Shown: positions 38,207-52,733, counted from the first letter of the whole stretch. The stretch: DNA of 62,377 bases, filler included, from Platydemus manokwari (GCA_037951405.1; 6 parts of 6 records of this genome joined end to end with filler, not necessarily neighbours in it); one strand, 5' to 3'. Numbers and translations: made by a program. Notes: generated by a model from the sequence alone, not told the origin.

Positions 38207-39629
38207 CACTGGTCGACAAATATTTTGTCTCTCGAATGAAAGCGGGTTTTACTCTTTCGTAATTTTTTGCCACGATTTCGGAAATTGCTTTGGATTTTTT
38301 CTATCGGGTAGGGTGCTTTCATTGTAGATGGTTAAAATTTGTAAAACTTATCTGCATTCATGTTTATATTAAATGTATTAAATATTATATTCAAGTTTTT
38401 GCATAACGAATTTCTCTTTTTAGAGTTCAATACTAATCACTCTGCTTATTAGAACTTCACCTCTGTTATAATTATGTTTCTTCATGCTCAAATTATCCAG
38501 CAAATCAAACATAAGATCCATAAATTTCCAATCGCTACAAATATCCCATTTATGATCTCCGTATTTAAATTAATCGGTGTGTTCTCTTTTATGTTTGCGG
38601 CATGAGCCACAGGAACTGATGGAAGCACAATACCAAAATGTAAAACATAGCTTTTTGAAAAATAGCTTTAAAGAATCTATAAATAATCGTCACTCTTTAT
38701 TTTGATATCCACTTTTAATGCATTTTCTAACAGACTCAATGTCATTGCAAGACATCTTCGAAAGAAAAGCATTCCTGACAATCACCACGTTAATTTCGAA
38801 AAGTACAAATTTTTGTACCTTTTTAAAGCAGATTCCATCATTTAAAAATTGACTTAACAATTGTGCTTGTTGTTTGGAAGGTTTTAAATATCCTATGAGG
38901 TTATTGAGAAAATATTTTGAAAGTAACTGCGATTCGAAACATGTAAGGAATGCATTGAAATTCGGACTATCGTTAGCAATATCAAGGTATTTTAATTATT
39001 CATCTTGATAATTGTCGGTACTGAGTACAATTTTTAAAAGGAAAGGTATGTTTGATAGGTCTTCACCATGAAATATTGGCACCAAAATTGATACCAATTT
39101 TTTGAATTTAGAGTTTACTCCAGAAATGTTTCTGATACAATAATAACATTCAGAAGCATGATATTAGGGATTTTTCAAAATCATGGGAACTGCAAACCAG
39201 ATTTTACCATACAGTGAGAAGTCGGAAACATGTTACACTAAAAATATGAGAACCTCAGACTATGTCTCGATCTCCAATTTCGCACTAAAAGTTTATATCA
39301 TATCATTTAATGATAACAGAGTGAATTTTTTAGTTTAAGATTTAAATGTCACCAAATATAGCACAATAAATCTAGATTTTTAATACAATTTCCGGTCATT
39401 GTTCCAGAAATTTCAAATTCAAATCCACAGACAGTTGAAATCATTGAAAATATGCTATAAATAAAAAAAATCTATTTTCTTCATTCCCTTCGAATATATG
39501 TTCAAAATTTCAAAATTCTGTCCGGCAAAATCTCCGTGTTAGTAAAACTCTAAAACCACATCCAAACTCAGCACATAACACATTCACTTTTCAAGGACAA
39601 AACTTGTTTGAAATTCTTGTAGACCAGTC
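38207..39629 (-). mobile_element. CMC/Chapaev3-like DNA transposon, internally deleted and decayed (about 1.4 kb)
   Basis: Minus-strand relics FAVPMIFEK..YHASECYYC, E*RLFIDS, VLHFGIVLPSVPVAHAANIKE, YGDHKWDICSDWK match recalled motifs (PMVWREP.NH..DCYFC; WRLFIDSS..SLKAVLLHNGN..PS.P.AH; W.IC.DLK). Imperfect TIRs CACTGGTCGACAA / TTGTAGACCAGTC. 3-bp flanks TAA/CAA. Confidence 0.7.
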
Positions 39630-42600
39630 CAATAATTTATCATTTAACAGTGTGTCGAAGCAAATATAGTGAAGCGATTGCGATAAGGGAGAAGATAAGC
39701 TCATAATTATTTTAAAAAAATCGTAATTATAAACGACAATAGAAAACGATAATCATAATCTCAACAATAAATACGAAAGATATTCTTTAACTCAGATTTT
39801 TTGTCCTTTTAAACTCTACGATGATTATCCAAATCTGAGCTATCCTTCACTACAAAGCTAGTGTTTTGGGAATATTCTCATTAAAAATTTTCACCAGATA
39901 AAGAAACAGGTATATAAAAAACTAAAATAAAATAAAAAACGAACTGATATGACAATCATAAAACATTAACATAAAATCAGCCTAATATAGCAAGCAACAC
40001 TATATCGGCAATTATTTATTCAAATTTTCTCTGAAAAATTGATGGGAAATCAAAAAATTCTAAATTTCTCCGCTCTAAAATCGAACAGAGAAGAAAAATC
40101 GATTCTGCTTCAAAATATTTTTTGTTTTCCTTTTATTTCCATTAAAAATTGGTCCTTTAGTGAGCTTTGAAAGCCTCACTTCTAAAACTTGTTATATTCA
40201 ATGGTAAATCGGGCAATGAAACTAGAATTTGCTTTGTAACGATTTATTTAGACCAGCATTTAAATTGGATCGTAACGATAACGTATTATTCATGCATGAA
40301 ATTCATAATTTGTAACACTAAAAGAATTACATTGATATTCTGCGAAATTCACAAAAAATTTGACGACCACAATTTTGAAATGTTGACTAACTGATGCTAT
40401 TCCAACAATCTATTATAATAGTTCAGGAATATTATTATGGTAAATGACAAAATATCATTTGTAGCCCAACTATTATTCAAGTAATTCAAAATAGATTATG
40501 ATTTGATAATCTATAATTTTTAAAAATTGGTTTATTTTTCTTCAGAAATAAACGCTCATATTTATATTTCCCAATCATTGCAATAAGCAAACCACAATTA
40601 AAATCAATCCATACACCGAACAACGCCCTATCAAGATTAGAATGATAAAAAAGATCATTTTCTAAGGACCTTAAATGAATGCGGGTATTAAATATCACGC
40701 GAATACGGAATGAATTGCAACGATCGATAATATAGTTAATCTCCATTTTATAAACATGAAGATCACTCACCTTCTTTTGAGGCTATTTACTTTTTTATCA
40801 TCACAATTTTTAATAGAATATATTTTCAAATTATTTTTAATAAATAAATATTTGTAGATGAAAATCAAAACAATTTGTTGTTTTACTCGTATTTTTTATT
40901 TCTAAACTTCTTACTAGATTTTCTTCATATTCTATAACGATAATGACTTTTAAAGGATTTTTTCGTTTCATCTCATGCAGTTATGTCAACAAAGCCTTCT
41001 AAATTAAACACATCTTTCTGAACAAATACGGGACAAGATATTTCTTTGATATGTTGGTACTTTAATTTTTTTTTAAATTACTTGACCATTTATTCAGCGT
41101 CAATTACTTTTTCTTAATGTTTGACAAGGGTTTTACGATCCGGGAGGAACACGTGAGGAAAAAAAGTTAACACTTGAGAACCCGTAATTCACAAATACAT
41201 AGTTTTAAAAAACCCTTTTTTAATTCATAATTTTTGTTTTTACTACTTAATAAATAATTTTCAAGTTATGATCTGATATTCATCATATACAGATTAACTC
41301 GTTAATCGACCATCTCATTCGTGCCAGGATCGAAGTTTTGTAGAGCTAATTTACAAAAACGAACCGTTAATTATTTATTGCAAACATGGAATAAATTATC
41401 GATAATAATGGGTTTATAAATGCAAAATGTTTCGAGGACATTCTATACTAAAAATGTTATTTTCTAACGATTTTTAAAGGTTTTAAAATCCAATAGAAAA
41501 TTTTCAGATTTATTTTTACATGATTACAACAAACATATCATTTTCACATTTTATTTTTAAAGAATTTTTATAAAAGTTTAATTCACTTTTCATTTCAATT
41601 GTGTAAGCAAGTTCAAAAGATTCAAAACAACAATGCAAGATCAAAAATGTTAAAGAAATATAAATTACTTAAACGCTTACTTTAAGATCTTAGTTCTAAA
41701 GTTTTCGTTTGTGCCATAAATTATTGTAACATCGTTTATTAACAAATTTAAATATCTTTAATAAGCAAAGTAAAATTATTAATGAATATTTAAACAAACA
41801 GTCTCAATTTAATTTCAATGAAATAGTACTTTAAAAGTAATTTTAAATTAGATTAATATTTTTATATCGAAGAAAGTTGAAAATATTTTAATCTTCTTCG
41901 AAATATATATTTTTAATGAATAATTTAGAAAAAATGGCATTAACATTCGTTTTTTGTTCGAATTTATTGTACAAAACAGACGTCAATCACTTCGGACTTC
42001 GAAATAAAAGTTCATTTCAAACAACTTGTACTATTTAGAATGTTCTATTCACATTTAAGAAAAAATCAAACTGGCTAAGTAAACAGTAAACATCAATTGA
42101 ATTTATAATGAGAAAATTTGCGAGTTCCGATAAATAAACAATTCCCATCTTTATCAAATTGTCAATGTTTGTTTTGTAACGATTAGAATGGAAAATTATA
42201 ATTAAATAAAACAGCACAAATTAACAAATACCAATCATTAATTGAATTTTAATTGAGAAAACAGAGAACGTATTTTCAGTCATCAATAAACAGGAAATAT
42301 ATTATTTTTAATTTTAAAAATTCAATGTCATTATACTATAAAAAGTTTCGTAAAAACATCGTACTACGATTTATTTGATGAAGATAAATGTTCAATTTTG
42401 TCTTAAGAGTAGAAATAATAGCGGCTCAATCGGTGATATAAAAGCAAGATGACAAGAACAGTATGAAGACCAGTTCATATTAAAAAAGCAATTATTTCAA
42501 TAGGTATTTTTATATTAACACAAACAAACAAGTCAATCTGGGTACCTAAATATTCAAAAGTGTTTCTATCAAACTTACAGCAACGGATAATTTAATTTTT

Positions 42601-42678
42601 GAGATTAAAAAATGATTAAAATTTCATTTAAAATATAATTAACAGAGAAATTATTATAAACAATCGAATGGTGGCTTT

Positions 42679-42778
42679 NNNNNNNNNNNNNNNNNNNNNN
42701 NNNNNNNNNNNNNNNNNNNNNNTTAATTAATTAANNNNNNNNNNNNNNNNNNNNNNNNNNNNNNNNNNNNNNNNNNNN
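42679..42778. other. Artificial contig-join spacer
   Basis: N44-TTAATTAATTAA-N44. Confidence 0.95.
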
Positions 42779-45076
42779 AAATTATATATAAATTTGATTA
42801 AAAGAATAGAATATTAAAATTAGGTTATTTAGTAACTTTTATAAAATTAATTTTTTATTTAACATTTATTTTGCTTTACCAAATACTAATCAATTATATA
42901 AATGTAATAATTTTTATCAATTTATTTATCATTGCAAAATTACATTCTCAACATTTAATTTAGTATCTACTAAGAGGTCAGAAATATTATTATTATTTCC
43001 ATTATTCAGTTACGGACTTAACTAGTAGCAAAATTGATTATATCATCGAAGAATACCTAACCATTATTTATTAAGTAATAACTTTTTATCAACTTAATGT
43101 AAACTTATTAAATTGAGATTAAAAACATTATTTATACTAACTCCGGAAGATGTTTTTATCAAAATTCTTGCCGATTAATTATTGTTACATAAACTGAACT
43201 TTTTTGTTTCTTTTATTGCTTATCAAAAAATTCTTAGTGGTTATTGTCTAAATATTACATTATGTCGTAGGAAGTGCTAAATGTCAGCACGTCTTAGACT
43301 TGACAAGAATTAACAACTTATTTATATTTGACCCAACACTTGATATAATATGTTTTGGTTTTGTATACATATAAAGATTTACTAACTAACATCAGTCTCA
43401 CATAACAACAAACACAAAACCTTAAAAACTTTTTACAGAAATAACAAAGTTCTTAATATTTGTAAGTTCTATTCTAAAATGTTTTTTTATATTTAATAAA
43501 AATTAAATCAGAAAAGCTTTAAAATTTTTATAATGATTATGATTTTATTTATCAATCTGACTTCAACAAGTGAATAATAAAATAAGATGTGAGTAAGAGC
43601 CCTTTTTGTTGGATAGCTTACCGATAGTTGAACCTATTGGTCCAATTAACCACCGTTAGTTTTCTGATTTTTCTCTGATAGATTTTGAAGATTTTTTAGA
43701 GAAATTATTGAACCGTGTTCAATTCATTTAATTTAATTATAGGTATATATAGAAATCGTATCGTAATAAAATGTTAGAATTAGATTGAGGGATTACTTGT
43801 AGGCAAAAATTTTAAATAACTACTTATGTGGCAAAATAAGTCTTCTCTCAAACGTTTTTCTTCTCAATTGCTGATTGCTCTTTAAAAATTTTCCACAAAA
43901 TTAGAAAAATATTGATTATCAAAAACTCCAACGCAGACTATCAATTTGCAAATATAATTAAATAATGAATGTTGGTATATTTGGCGTTTAAATGCTAATA
44001 TCATTAATTTATAATGCATGGTGCTTATGTTAATATTTTCTTGGTCCTATTTTACTGCATTTTTCATATTGCTAATTTTTTCTTTTTATATTTTTTTTTT
44101 ATCTATTTTTCGTTTTTTTTACTATTTTCATTTCTTTTATTTATCTTTTCTATTTTTAGATATTATTATTGTTTGTTCTTCTTTCATACTTTTATATACA
44201 CAGTCTCTAATCCAGTCCAAACATCGTGCCAGTTCCAATGAAAGGCCAATATCAAAATAGATATACTCATTTTTAGTCATGAAATCGTTTGTTTGAAGTC
44301 ACTACTAATGAATTTACAAAGTGAAACTGAAATTTAAATATGCTTATTTTTCTATTTTAACTTAAGAAGCTTTTTCAGTTATTAATTTAAGGTAATCAAT
44401 TGTTAAATTTTAAACTGCGCCGACTTATCAGCTTGGTCCTAATTACCTAATCTAACTCTTATTCTAATTCTGGTACACACTGAGAAAAAATAAATACGTC
44501 TTTCTGATTAATATATATTTTTTAAGAGTACTATATGTACTCCAAATATCGATATTTCAAGGACACGTGTCCCGATAAAGTCAAGTTAATAAACGAAGAC
44601 CAAATCCAGGTAATTCTTTAGGATACTTTAGCTCAGAATATACTTCTGGCTAATATTACACTGCTGCACAATATTTTTACGAATCAGCGCACAATGTTTG
44701 AATATAAACATTGAGTACTTTAATCCCTTACAACTACACTTGTTACAGGGTTAACTACGTTCCTAATAAACATATTATCTGTTATTTTAACCATGCACAT
44801 CCCTTCTCTGTGCATCATGTCGTTCAAACTTATTATAATGTGAACGTACTGTTTATTTATTTCAGTTTCCGGAAAAAGCTTGTAACTATTATTTTAATTA
44901 ATTAATTAAATATTAAATTCGTCCTTCTTTCATTTAGTTTCAGTATGCTTCTGGTGGATACTTACATCAACTCACTTAAATGACGCATTGAGAAATTAAG
45001 AAAATTTAATTTTTTGCTTTTCGTTTTTAAATGTGATTTAACAAAAATTAACTAAGATAATTGAAGCCATTCAAAA

Positions 45077-45850
45077 CTACAAATTGATCTTCCTAGTAGG
45101 GGTAGTTATTAAACAAATATCATGCCGGTTTTTGGACTGATTGTTTGGTTGCTCAATTAAATCAATACTTTCATCGATTCTTTTTCTGGTGTCAAATTTA
45201 CATGATAGGTTATATTTCTCTGTCGTTTGTTTCTGAAGTTCAATAATTTGTCGTTTCAGGTCTTCATTTTCTATATCAATCGTCGAGTTGGCATCGATTT
45301 CCATCGTCTGTCTCGTTATAAGATCTATTAGTTCCTTGTCTCCGATTGATTCTTTATATATGTTCTTCTATTCTTCTATTTTCTTTTTCACCATATCTTC
45401 TTTCCTCTTTCTAAGAGTATCTTTGGATGCTCTAGGACCAATGAAGTTGATTATCGTTATTCGGATTTTCCATATTCTGGGAGATGGGTGCTCGCAGTTA
45501 TTGAAATTATTCTTTTATCCATGATATTAATTTCCAAAGTTGAAATTAATCGCTTTGTTAAGAATTTCCTGTTTTATTTTGACCACACTCGTCTTTTCAG
45601 TTATTTGTGCAGGAGTCTAGTGTTTGTATTCGGACTCGTTTTATCACGAATTGACTTATTTCTTTGACTTCTCGATCTTCATTGTTTTCTTCTAGATCGT
45701 TTTTATGGATTGTAACCTGGAAGGCCATAATTGTCAATAAAATTGTGATTGACCTCGGTTTCATAGTTAGACCCGTGTCCCTTTTACTATCTCAGTGTAG
45801 GATGGTCAGTGAGGACGGGCAGACTTCTCAGTTAAAAACACAGTAGAAAC
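45077..45850 (-). pseudogene. Decayed coding relic, possibly LINE ORF1/gag-like (coiled-coil fragment)
   Basis: Higher-complexity stretch with broken frames (MAFQVTIHKND..., MEIDANSTIDIENEDLKRQIIELQKQ). No diagnostic motif is intact. Confidence 0.25.
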
Positions 45851-46299
45851 TATGAAACAAGAAAAATATACAATATTAAAGGCCTGTAAACTAAAAATTA
45901 GCCTTGTGTCAGAAGTTAATAATATCATAATAAAAAATTTTTTGATACTGGGTTGTAATGTTTCTATAATGATAAATGTTTCTTCGAAAATAATGGTTTC
46001 ACAGGTAAGAATAATACTTTATTGATAATAAATTTCCAATAATAATTCTTCAAGAATAACTTTGAAAATCTAGAGTTCTAACATTAAGTACTGGTAATTT
46101 TGTCTGGTAAGATTGAATAAAAATATTTTTATTAGAAAGTAATTTGAGGTATTTGTAGATGTGTGATAGAGACAAAAAAATTTTGCCACGTTCTGTGTTA
46201 ATTCATTTTTGATTAAAATATTTAGGCCTACGGATCAATCTATACACTGGGAAAAATGCATAAAAAAGCACAAAAACAACCTTGTGCATCAAAACTCGA

Positions 46300-47100
46300 T
46301 TCATTGCTTGAAAACTAAGAAAACTCCAAATTGATATCGAATTCAGTCACCACGCACAGAAATTCAATTGAAGATAACTGTCAACCAGAACAAGATTTAC
46401 TTCTTCTCAAAAGACAACCGCGGGAAACTATGTGACATCCTCCATGACTCGCCATCACTGACTTTCTTCAGCAAATGATCAGCCATGAAAAAGCAAGGTA
46501 GGCTGGCATACTACTGTTCGGCCTCATACTTATCACAAAAACATTTAAAAATATCAATTTGTCGCCAGAATATTGAATTTTTACGCACTACACATGAAAA
46601 ATTTGCTGTTACTGAACTTCACACAACATTTTGTCAAATTGAACAAACCAACATTATGCCGTTGCAGTAAGACCGAAAAGGAAACTGACGCACATATCTT
46701 CATTCATCGTCCAGCTGTGCCAAGCCTAGCCTCAATTAGACAAGTAATTCTTCTAGACCACCTCGGGCATTATTTGCAATCTATTGGATGCAATACTGAT
46801 ATTGATTCTATATCACCAGAATCAGAAATAAGATCAAGTACCATGCTTACGGCGTGGATCTAAAAGTACCCTTTAATATAATTGATTATTCTGAAAGACA
46901 CCGGGAACCTGAATTACGAAAAATACCAAAAATATCGAGGCTAAAATCAGTAATAAATCACGATTCAACATCAGCCAAAATATATTCTGTATTGGGGCTC
47001 TCGCATTCTCGGAACTACAAAACAACAACGTCCTATCAAACATAGGCCTGGACAAATCACAAATAGCATTCAACTCCGGTTTCTAGACAACCGCCTTGCT
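46300..47100 (+). mobile_element. Non-LTR retrotransposon ORF2 3' fragment (zf-RVT-like)
   Basis: LCRCSKTEKETDAHIFIHRP resembles the C..C....ET..H.F..CP motif that follows RT in LINEs. Flanking frames are broken and boundaries approximate. Confidence 0.5.
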
Positions 47101-48354
47101 AAGGAATGCTTTTGCAACATGCAGAGCTCGCATCGATCAGAGGAAAATGAAAAACCTCTGAAGAACACGAGCCTTCAATTAAATTACCAACACTACGTAT
47201 CAAAATTAACAATGCAAAGTACCAATGTTAACAAGAAACTAGACGAATCTTTATAGAGGAAGCTTCAAATGTATATTTTATACATAAAGAATTTGATTGT
47301 ATAAAAACCATAGGCCGATATGAGGACTTATGCCACCGCATCGTAAAGATTTTAGTGCTTATGCAAAATAAATTTTAGTTTTCACATTGTGTTTCCACCT
47401 GTAGTATCTGACTCATGATATATTTAAACGAGAAATAATAACTCCAACATCAGGCTCAATTAAATGAAAACTAGAAACAACTTCGAACTCACCCAAAAAT
47501 ATAAATGCTATAATGCATCAACTTGTTTGGATATGTATTGAGTTAAAGTTGAACCTTTTTCACTCTAATTATCTTAATTTACTGAAGACATACATAACGA
47601 ATTAAAACTAATTTAATAAAATGAAACAATATCTACAAACAAAGTTATAATCAGACTTACAATATTTGAATATTTTATATAGATATTAATTATTGTTTGT
47701 ATACGACTGAGATAATAAAATTGAAATTCGTGATAATCAATATTTAAAGTTATCAATGAATTCTCAGAATTGTATTCTGTTACTTTTACATTTATCTAAT
47801 ATAAGTGTTAAAATTAATACTTTAGTATTAAAATATTTTAAATGATTTTATAAATAAATAAGCATTATTTTAACGAAATTTGAATTATTATCATTAACAT
47901 TAAAATGTTATTTAAGATGAATCTTGACAGCATAAAATTTAGAACTATTCTTAAATAAATAAATATATTTTAAATATTTTATTTGAAGTTTGATATTTAA
48001 TATCCAATATAACTTTAGGTTATTGTATCCGATAAGTTATTTTTTTACTCAGAGTTGATTTTAATTTTTGATCAATCATGAATTATTTTTTTATGAGAAT
48101 GTTATTTACTTTTGATTTGATTTCAAAAATTCATAGACTAAATGTTTAAAGGATGTAAATTGAAGAATCATACTATTTCTTTATTTTTTAAATATTTTTA
48201 TTAGTAATTCTTTATGCTATGTATAAAATTAACTAATCCATGATTTGCATCATTTGTTTAAACGTGTCATTATTTCGTAATAGACTCGCAATAAATTAAA
48301 TTGTTTTTCAAAATTTTTCAGGAAACAAATTAATATTCACTTAAAACTTATTTC

Positions 48355-48693
48355 ATGGATTCTATTGGATCTTCTGAAAAAGCTGAAAAAAAATGGAAAT
48401 CTTGCTTCTTGATTTTAGGGATGGGAAACATTATTTTTATTTTAAGTGTCATTGTGTTTTTAATACGTCCATATATATGGGACTACAGCGATAAAAATTT
48501 ATGCCTCGTTTTTGCAATAATTTTATTCATCCCAGGCATTGCCGTAACCATGTTAGCATGCCAAGAAATTTATAAACTCTGGAGAAGTTCTTTTGCTCAA
48601 GTTGTCGGTCAAACGTCAAGTTATCCACAACAATGGACGGATTATAATATAACTCCTACAACGGAAGGTGCTTATTCAATGGACGATGATTAA
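48355..48693 (+). CDS. Small hypothetical membrane protein (112 aa, two predicted TM helices)
   Basis: ATG-TAA ORF. Hydrophobic segments CFLILGMGNIIFILSVIVFLI and LCLVFAIILFIPGIAVTMLAC, acidic tail. Acceptor-like TTTTTCAG at 48321 upstream and AATAAA at about 48758. Confidence 0.65.
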   Translation: MDSIGSSEKAEKKWKSCFLILGMGNIIFILSVIVFLIRPYIWDYSDKNLCLVFAIILFIPGIAVTMLACQEIYKLWRSSFAQVVGQTSSYPQQWTDYNITPTTEGAYSMDDD

Positions 48694-48807
48694 TTAGTTT
48701 ATCAATTTACTACAAATCTGGTTGTGATACTTCAGTATTTTTTGTTTTTAAAAATTTAATAAAACATTGAAAGCTTTTATATAGTTGAGTCAAATTACAA
48801 ATATTAA

Positions 48808-50978
48808 TTAATCGTCAAAATCATCTTCATATTTAGTATCATTTATTTGTTCTTTCGTCGGATCACTTTTGAATGTGTTATTCAAATCAAGACTCGATTC
48901 GACACATGTGGAGTCATTGTTTTCTCCATCATCTTCACTCTCTTCCAATCTCATTGAAGTCACATCTGTCAGTGAATGATCTTCACTTTCAGGAGCAGAA
49001 TAAACTTCGTTATGCTTTGCAAAATGAACGTTTTTATTCAAATTATTCTCCTCTAACAATTCATGTTTCGAACTTTCATTTTCGTTCACCAATGTCGTAC
49101 TTCGTTCAATCAGTTGCGGTTGATTGTCTTTTATTTCGATACCATAAATATCTTCACACAACTTGTCGATATTGGTGGCCATTTGGTGCTGTTGGGAATT
49201 GGTATTGGGTTCCGCATCTTCGACCGATGTCAGTGACCATTGCAGTGCAGATGGAGCCGTTGAGTAATCATTGTGGGCATTTTTCGGTGATATATTTTCC
49301 GGAGATCTATCAACATTCACTGAATCGATAACATGGCGATCTTTCTCTTCATATGATTCATAAACCTGATTGTCACCCGAATAATATAATTTGTAATCCA
49401 AATCATTTTGTCTTGGTGAGAAATACCTTCTCTCGTCTTCATAGTCGATTTTCATTTCATATGGTTTATAAGGTTGGAAATTGTAATCAGAGCTGATCCT
49501 ATTGTATCCTTTGTCGATATCGTTATCAGTCGACCGTACCAGATCAACTTTTCCTTCTAATTCCTTTTTTATTGTATCGTATGCTTTGAGCATCGAATCC
49601 TGGAAAAATAGAAATCATTGACTTCATTTCAGATAAATTCATTTTACAAACCATTTTTAAATGATATTTATTTCTCTCAATATGCTGATCAAATATCTGA
49701 TTTATTCCACTGCAATAATAATATTAATATTAATAATAATATATAATCTCTTAACATAAATAGTCATACCGATTTGTAAAGATATTGTTTTGTAATATAT
49801 CATTAGTGACATCATTACAAAAGTTCAGATATCGCAAATCTTTTTCACTGAAAACAATTTTTAATATTTATATTTATAATTTAAGATAATAATAATATAT
49901 ATTTTATAATATAATTCACATATAAAATTAATTAATTTTGAAAATATTATTTTATAATAAAATTCTGGGAGAATAATATTTTGGAATTTTATTTTAGATT
50001 AAATAAAGATCAACGAAAAATGGCCATGGATAGCATAAATAATATATTGATACTGATGATGGTATCTGTAAATTTATATCACTACAGACAGTGTTTTTAT
50101 AATTGTATGTCATGATTGTGAATTTTTAAATTGAATTAAATTTTTGAAGATTTAATTTTATATAGAATTATATTAATTTATAAATACATAATTCGGTGTC
50201 GTGACTTTTCAGTTCTTTTTCAATTAATGTTTTATAAAATAGTTGCGGCTTACAATGATTATTTTATTATTGGTCATTAATAACAAGCACACCAATAGAC
50301 CAATAATATTCGTGTATTAGTAACGTAATGGTAACAATCTGGTATATGATGCTTTAAGTTAAATGAGGCGATCAAAAATTCAAATGTTGTCACACAACAC
50401 AAATCTCCAAATATTTCTCAAACATTTAAAATCTCATGCATATTTATAATTACTAGAGATAGATTTACAGTTCTAATATCATGGATTATAGTTCTTAACC
50501 AAACCCACTGACAGTTGTATATGAATCTAATCATCGTCCATATCTAGTTTTTAATTCTGCTAATAAATGATATAAATATTAATTAAGCAACTACTTTTAT
50601 ATTCTGAAAATTTGAAATTAATAAAAATTTAATATTATACTCGTTCTGGTTTAATGAGATTTCCAATTTTTCGGGTTTTTCTTCAAAGGTGGTTTGATTA
50701 GATATAGCAATCTGAAAAAAAACAATTCCCATAACAACAGTTCAATTAATTGAACAATATACCAATTTAGTTGTTGGTACATGCTTGTTGGTGACACCTT
50801 GAAAATATTATATTAGACATAACATGAGAAATAATTTACTTCTCTTTTTCGGTGGATTATAGCATCGTAGTTGCGCTATTTTAGACTTGACATCATTTTT
50901 ATAAATTCTCGGACCCAGTGGTTTCATTGTTTCCAAATACGATCGGTTGGTACTTTGAATGTGATCATCTTCATATTC
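48808..50978 (-). CDS. SPATA7: SPATA7-like ciliary protein; exons 50978-50840, 50797-50763, 50711-50641, 49847-49770, 49709-49652, 49599-48808; further 5' exons unresolved
   Basis: Spliced translation includes PRIYKNDVKSKIAQLRCYNPPKKR and EKDLRYLNFCNDVTNDILQNNIFTNRGINQIFDQHIERNKYHL. These match recalled SPATA7 motifs (PRTLKT.AKS.LSQYRYY.P.KRK; YL.FI.DVT.EIL..G.FSNR.L..LFE.HI..NK.L). All junctions are GT-AG and in frame. Confidence 0.8.
50117..50254 (+). mobile_element. Solo LTR of the TRIM-like family (138 bp) in SPATA7 intron
   Basis: TGTGAATTT...GTGACTTTTCAGTTC...TTTTATAAAATAGTTGCGGCTTACA, intact TG...CA ends, perfect TSD ATGAT/ATGAT. Confidence 0.88.
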
Positions 50979-52733
50979 CTGATAAAAATGTACTCTTCAA
51001 TTTTTGATTTCACACATGTATCTTAAAATAAATCGATTTTGAAAAATAGATACAACCGGTCTATCTTTATCAATGCTACAAATTTAGAGCATAATTCACT
51101 TAAATTCAATAATTACACAACGTGTTCACATCTTCAATTCAGCCGATAAATGTGTGCATCATTTTTATAAATATTTCTATTAAAGAATTACGAGCTAAAT
51201 TAAAAACACCTCTTTCAAATAAATAATAAATCAATATATTAAGAGTCAGACAATCTCATGTTGCAAATTGTTCTACAATGATTTATCTATAGATTTATCA
51301 CAAATCGATTTATAACTACTCAGTGTGTTCAATCAGTATTACAGAGAGTTATGATTAATTATTCATTAAAACACGATACCGATCGTTTAATGATATACAT
51401 AAGCACAAATCTATATGGCGTATTCAATGATTTTTAGTTGAAAACTTTCTGTCAGAGTAATTTATCGAAACTTATATTAAAATCAAACAAATTACAAAAC
51501 TGTATTTTAATGTTAATTTATTAAAATTTTAATTCACATCGAATAAAATAAATATTTAAGTGATGATTTTTAATTGAAAGTAAGACATTTTATCTAGATT
51601 ATCATCAACATAAACAGCTGAGATATTCCAATAAAGTATTTGATCGCTGAAAATATTTTGTATAAGTTGGGATGGACTCATTTTCTTACCGATTTGACAA
51701 TCCCCTAAACAAGCCGTTGTGAACTCATTTGAGAATTAATTTCCAAATAATCAACTCTATTGACTCGAATAATACAGATTAATCCCAGATTAAAATAAAT
51801 AAATAACATGATTTTAATTATAATTAAAAAGGTTGATTATAATAATATCCAAATATTGATAAGAATAACGAAATAATAATTGAAAATAGTAATAATTGAA
51901 GATAGTAATAATTGAAAAATATCTGGGATTTCCTGATTGAATCGAGACAAATGGGTGCTGATTGAGAGTCGGAGTTCACTGATTTTTTTAACCGATCTTG
52001 CAACGCTTCCGGGTCAATCCCAATCAATGATATATCAATATACTGGTTTCTCATTTGGTTATATTTAGCGGAATCAGATAATCCCTCGAATTCATAATTA
52101 ATTAATTCTAAACACTGTAAATTTGAATCTGAAAATCTTATAATCTTTATGAGGACTTAATCATGCAATTGCAATTGAGACTCATAACTATTAATTACTT
52201 ATTATCATTGATAATATTAATGCGGATAATGATTATATATAATAATAATTTAATAAAAGCTTCAATATAACTTCATCGAGACTTGCAGACTAAATTACTC
52301 TCAATTTAAGCGGGTAATCCACTAGTGAAATGGTTTCGTAGTTTCTTTCACTTACAATACGGGAGAGAGTATTGAATATGTCATATAATGATTTGTTCAA
52401 TTTCATTAGCGCTTATCGTTGAATAACAGACATCCTATAGTGCATTTTTGTTGTATATCAGTATATATTTAATAATAACTATAAGATTAGTTATAATAAC
52501 TATTAATATAGTACGATAATTATGACGCAATCAATTTAATATCCATTAAATCAATTAATAACTTTATTAAAGTTAAAAAATAAAGATCAATTTTATTCTC
52601 CTTTAAAGTTCATAATAATTCATTTTCTAATATAAAATAAAAATATTAACATAAAACTTAATGAAAAAATTAACACGGAACTAAAATAATTTTCAGAAAA
52701 AATCATATCAAATAATTTATATTTCACAAATTA

